NCBI GenBank assembly: GCA_963822585.1
Contig: CAWGIE010000036.1
Location: 266,642-330,641, forward strand
Origin: an uncultured bacterium
GTDB taxonomy: Bacteria > Auribacterota > Erginobacteria > Erginobacterales > Erginobacteraceae
Direction: 5' to 3'
Length of the DNA: 64,000 bases
Part shown: one piece after another, positions 60,428 to 64,000 of the stretch
Layout: each line of letters starts with the position of its first letter
How positions within the stretch are numbered: position 1 is the first letter of the stretch
Notes under the pieces: model-generated
Told to the model about the DNA's origin: nothing
Database searches by the model: none
Seen by the model: the letters and a program-made list of their open reading frames with translations, nothing else
Made by a program: the position numbers and the translations under genes

Positions 60428-61648
60428 TTACTGGTATCCATTTTGACGGAGAAAGGCGCCGATTTGTTGGGCGGCAATTTCATTCGCTTTTTCATTCCAG
60501 TGATTATCGTGGATAAAATACAGGTTCGTACCCGACGAAGAGGCCTCAATAAAAGAAGCGGTCAGATCGATTACCGGGATCCCGGCTTGCCGCAGACGGG
60601 AAACCAGCTCCCGGACGGCTTCCTCCCTCCTGATAATCTCGGCATCTTTTAACTTGATAAGAAATTTTTTCCCGGCCCCCGCGGGGAGGTGGAAATTAAT
60701 CACCTCTTTGGACGGCACCATCAGAACCAGAAGCTTACCTCCGGTTTCCGCCGCTTTTTCCTGCAGACGCTCGATAATGGCGCCGGTCAGATGAACATCT
60801 TCGGACACCGGTCTCTCCGGTTCCACCAATTTGATTTTAACCAGGGCCCTCCGGAGAGGCTCGATCATCTTCAACCGACCGCTTAAAAAAGTATAGAGTC
60901 GTGAATGGGAGAGGACGCGATGTTTGATAAAATATAAAATACCGTCCTCTCCGGAATCCGCAGCCGTGATCTTCTTTTCAGTCTCCTGATCAGGCGAAGA
61001 ATCATCGAGGCGGGGAACAGGGATGCCGTGCCGTTCCAGTGTGTCCCCCCGCAGCGTAAAATACGGCTTAGCCTTCCCGTAATTGGCTTTTAAGCCATTA
61101 TGAAAGATGTCGGTGTCATGGACCAGCAGGATAATCAGATCCGGGCCATACTTGATCCCCTCACGCTCAAATAAGGTACACTCCTGATCGGTACTGTACC
61201 CCACCACCCCCATATTAATAACCTGGGTGTCGGGAAAATCCCTGCCCAGGATATCCGAGAACCGTTCCTCGGTCTTCAATCCATAACCCCAGGCAAAGGA
61301 GTCTCCCAGGACCACGATCCTCTTCACCCCGGCCGGTTTTTGATAGCCGATATCCCGATCCCGCAGACCGCGGGAATTGATCTTGAGAGGAGAAACCCGG
61401 TTATCCGGTCCATAGCTGAACCCTGAAACTCCCGGTTTATTCACCCAGCCAACAAACGAGTCATATTGCTCCGATTTTGGAGATTGGCCCGGATCAGGCG
61501 TGAATGATGTGGGGAGGGGAGATACCGACCGAGGAGCATTCAGATCACCCATGCTGGGGATAAAAAGGCGCACACCCAGTTCCAGTATAATGACAAGAAC
61601 AATTACACTGGAAAGCAACAGAAGAATATTTTTAAGAACCCGCGCCAA
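60428..61648 (-). CDS. Membrane-anchored SGNH/GDSL hydrolase (AlgJ/AlgX-like)
   Basis: N-terminal TM, INSRGLRD, VLGDSFAWG, NMGVVGYS, HDNHWN (DxH); start TTG 61648 after a GGAGAGG SD. Confidence 0.85.
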   Translation of the reverse strand: MARVLKNILLLLSSVIVLVIILELGVRLFIPSMGDLNAPRSVSPLPTSFTPDPGQSPKSEQYDSFVGWVNKPGVSGFSYGPDNRVSPLKINSRGLRDRDIGYQKPAGVKRIVVLGDSFAWGYGLKTEERFSDILGRDFPDTQVINMGVVGYSTDQECTLFEREGIKYGPDLIILLVHDTDIFHNGLKANYGKAKPYFTLRGDTLERHGIPVPRLDDSSPDQETEKKITAADSGEDGILYFIKHRVLSHSRLYTFLSGRLKMIEPLRRALVKIKLVEPERPVSEDVHLTGAIIERLQEKAAETGGKLLVLMVPSKEVINFHLPAGAGKKFLIKLKDAEIIRREEAVRELVSRLRQAGIPVIDLTASFIEASSSGTNLYFIHDNHWNEKANEIAAQQIGAFLRQNGYQ

Positions 61649-62348
61649 TAACGTCTTTCCTCTCCCACTTCTTGATGCCTTTAAACCGGAGCTGGAACAA
61701 GAAGAACCAGTTAGTAAACCCATCCTTCCAGAGATTGAGGGCGCTTTCTCCCACCCGGTCAAAATAGAGGATGGGGACTTCGGCGGCCTTGACGTCATCC
61801 CGGATAAACGCCCGCAGCTTTATCTCCTCGGAGAAGCCCATCCCGTCGCTGATCGGCTCGATTTTCGGGAAGATCTTCTTATAGAAAACCCACATGCCCG
61901 ACTGGGAATCGAGGATATTCCTGAAGAAAAGTATCTTGGTCGAGGCCGTGAGAACGATATTCCCGATCAGGCGCAGCAGCCCGTTGAGATTTCGCCAGCG
62001 GTCGGGCATCCGGCGGCAGCTGATGAAATCGAGGTCCCGGCTGATCAGGTTGTCCACCACCCGCTGAATGCTCTCACAGGGGTAGGTTACATCGCCGTCC
62101 ATCGTCACGATAATGTCCCCTTCGGCGGCCTTGATCCCCGCTCGGTGGGCGGCCCCATACCCCGGGATAGTCTCGGTGACAACCCGGGCGCCCCCTTCTT
62201 GCGCCACCTGAGCCGTACTATCCGTGCAGTTGTTGTCAACCACCACGACTTCATCGACAATGTCAGGGATAATCTTCAATAGTTGTTTAATCCCCTCTTC
62301 CTCGTTATGACACGGGATCACCATGGAAATCTTTTTTTCTTTGTACAT
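61632..62348 (-). CDS. Family 2 glycosyltransferase (DPM1-like)
   Basis: VIPCHNEE, VVDNNCTD, GYGAA, MDGDVTYP, DSQSGM, RVGES. Confidence 0.93.
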   Translation of the reverse strand: MYKEKKISMVIPCHNEEEGIKQLLKIIPDIVDEVVVVDNNCTDSTAQVAQEGGARVVTETIPGYGAAHRAGIKAAEGDIIVTMDGDVTYPCESIQRVVDNLISRDLDFISCRRMPDRWRNLNGLLRLIGNIVLTASTKILFFRNILDSQSGMWVFYKKIFPKIEPISDGMGFSEEIKLRAFIRDDVKAAEVPILYFDRVGESALNLWKDGFTNWFFLFQLRFKGIKKWERKDVIGAGS

Positions 62349-62369
62349 TATTCACTCCTGTATATTTAT

Positions 62370-62638
62370 AAATTAGCTCGCTACGCTCGCAAATTTATGT
62401 AGGATCGTCCTTCACTCCGTTCAGGACTTGTAGGATCAGAATACCTCCGGCATTCTTTGTGGGAATTGTAGGATCGCTTCGCTTGCGGTCAGCAAGCCTT
62501 GCCTCCGGCAAGGTGATACTGCATTTACTACATCTACTGCAAGTCCTTCACAGAGTGAAGGACGATACTACATTATTTGGTTTCTCTTCTTTGAAATTGC
62601 GGAATAGGAACTTAGCCCTCGCTTACCTCGGACAACTA
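62370..62638. repeat. Modular cassette carrying the GTAG-hairpin mosaic, copy 3 (core inverted)
   Basis: AAATTAGCTCGCTACGCTCGCAAATTT, mosaic 62398-62572, TTGAAATT at 62591. Confidence 0.9.
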
Positions 62639-62740
62639 AATAAAACTACGAATTACGCGAAACTTGTCCTGAGCGTAGCCGAAGGATTACACTAATTTAC
62701 TTAAAAATCACCCTGCAATGCTGATTTAATGCCTGCACAT

Positions 62741-62787
62741 TCTTATTTTCCCTTCCCCGATCTTTAGTCGGGGAAGGGAAAATAAGA
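62741..62787. terminator. 20-bp stem-loop downstream of the FG-GAP-repeat gene
   Basis: TCTTATTTTCCCTTCCCCGA-tctttag-TCGGGGAAGGGAAAATAAGA. Confidence 0.55.
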
Positions 62788-62902
62788 GAGTAGTCTGAAA
62801 TCAGCCTGTTGGCAAGCAGGAAAGGTCTTGGTGGAGAATGCTCCCGGAGGAGGAGCCCGGAACTCCATCCAGGCCACTGATGAAAAACGCGATACGGTGA
62901 AC

Positions 62903-64000
62903 TCACCGGGTAATCGGAATGTCCCCATCGATACCAAAATAAACCCGGCTGGAATGGCGGATCAGCCAGAGGCCCTCCTGCGATCTGAAGATACCGGCTT
63001 TGTCAACGCCGGTGCCACCGAAGTCAGCCGGGGCCGGCTGATCTCCCGGACTGCCGTAATAAAATCTGGTTAAACCCTTTATCGCCCATAAGCCGGTTGA
63101 CGGGCGGAAGACAGCGGGACTCCAGCTCCCATCCCCGTTATAATCCCCCGGGATAAGCCGATCCGTGGCCCCGCCGAAATATAACCGGCTGATATGACGG
63201 ATTGACCAGAGCCCGGAAGCAGGGCGATAAATAGCGGCGTCAAATCTCCCATCGGCGTCATAATCGCCGGGCACGGATTGGTCGTAGGGGTTGCCGAAAT
63301 ACCAGCGCTGGCCGTTCAGGAGCGCCCAGAGCCCCAGGGGATTTCTGAACACGGCTATCTCGTCCGTCCCATCCCCATCGTAATCACCCGGAACCGGCAG
63401 GTCGATGATTGTGCCGAAATACCTGCGGGTGATACCCCGGATGGCCCAGAGGCCGGAACCACCCCGGAAAATGCCTATATCCGCGCAACCGTCGCCGTCA
63501 TAATCAGCCGGCACCAGGTCATCCCGCCAGTGGCCGAAATAAACACGACTGATGCCGCGGATAGACCAGAGAGAATTGGACGGGCGGAAAACGGCGAGAT
63601 CGGAGATACCGTCACCGTTGTAATCACCGGAAACAATGCCGGGACGGAGCGAGTCCGATGACAATGAAATGTTCAGGCCGGTGACCGTCGACCACTCGGT
63701 GTATTTACCGTCCGCCTTCATCGGCAGGTATTCTTTCTTCCGGGCGCCCGCCAGAACAAATTCATCGGGGAAATGAGTACAGATGGTGACCTGGTAATTC
63801 CCGGCACTGTCCGTCACCCCGAGGGAGGAAACTCCGTCAGGGAGATACGCTCTCACCTGGGCATCGGACAACGGCCCGGAGGTTCCTTTATCAGTCACTT
63901 TCCCCGAAACAGTAAAACACCGGATGATAGTGGCGGTCGGGCTAGGAGTCGGCGTGGGGGTAGTTGACGGCGTCGGACTCGGAGTCGAGGTGGGTGTCGG
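62903..64000 (-). CDS. Surface/secreted protein C-terminus: Pro/Thr/Ser linker, CarboxypepD_reg-like domain, FG-GAP/VCBS-like repeats (5' end beyond window)
   Basis: Frame is open to 64000 (PTPTSTPSPTPSTTPTPTPSPTAT...SGKVTDK); six repeats of the type (G/A)DYxGDG..D.A.FR...GLW.IR...R.YFG. Confidence 0.88.
   Translation of the reverse strand, partial: PTPTSTPSPTPSTTPTPTPSPTATIIRCFTVSGKVTDKGTSGPLSDAQVRAYLPDGVSSLGVTDSAGNYQVTICTHFPDEFVLAGARKKEYLPMKADGKYTEWSTVTGLNISLSSDSLRPGIVSGDYNGDGISDLAVFRPSNSLWSIRGISRVYFGHWRDDLVPADYDGDGCADIGIFRGGSGLWAIRGITRRYFGTIIDLPVPGDYDGDGTDEIAVFRNPLGLWALLNGQRWYFGNPYDQSVPGDYDADGRFDAAIYRPASGLWSIRHISRLYFGGATDRLIPGDYNGDGSWSPAVFRPSTGLWAIKGLTRFYYGSPGDQPAPADFGGTGVDKAGIFRSQEGLWLIRHSSRVYFGIDGDIPITR

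Noticed and set aside
62903..64000. Diversity-generating retroelement or phase-variable repeat in the surface protein
   Set aside because: There is no reverse transcriptase or TR/VR pair. The repeats are ordinary FG-GAP-like protein repeats and a PT linker.

Overview
This is a 64 kb, GC-rich bacterial chromosomal window, with most genes on the minus strand. It carries a housekeeping backbone: gmd/rmd/manA, HU, ligA, tRNA-Pro(CGG), argS-rsfS-nadD-proB-obgE-rpmA-rplU, an RNase E/G gene, a radical SAM pair, rodA-mrdA-mreDCB, hflX-miaA-mutL, comM and an RlmD-like methyltransferase. It also holds a glycolipid/envelope cluster and, at the right end, a surface-glycan locus. Clear mobile elements are an intact ISL3 (22-bp IRs, 8-bp DR), a REP-associated tyrosine transposase (RAYT) gene between two cognate palindromes, and several MITE-like elements. 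The most striking feature is non-coding. Most gene junctions are filled with a nested set of short repeats: inverted arrays of 7-10-mers, GTAG-hairpin mosaics, a GGGCCGAGGCGGGG-delimited array, and a modular 'hairpin-payload-TTGAAATT' cassette that is always oriented with transcription just before a start codon. The same repeat families have built a ~450-bp in-frame insertion inside miaA. Other oddities are two tandem GH77 (MalQ) paralogs with a shared non-canonical active-site surround, and an active plus pseudo-protease Deg/HtrA pair. The FG-GAP-like repeat style and gene content suggest a PVC-related or candidate-phylum organism (weak inference). All calls come from reading motifs by eye; no database searches were run.
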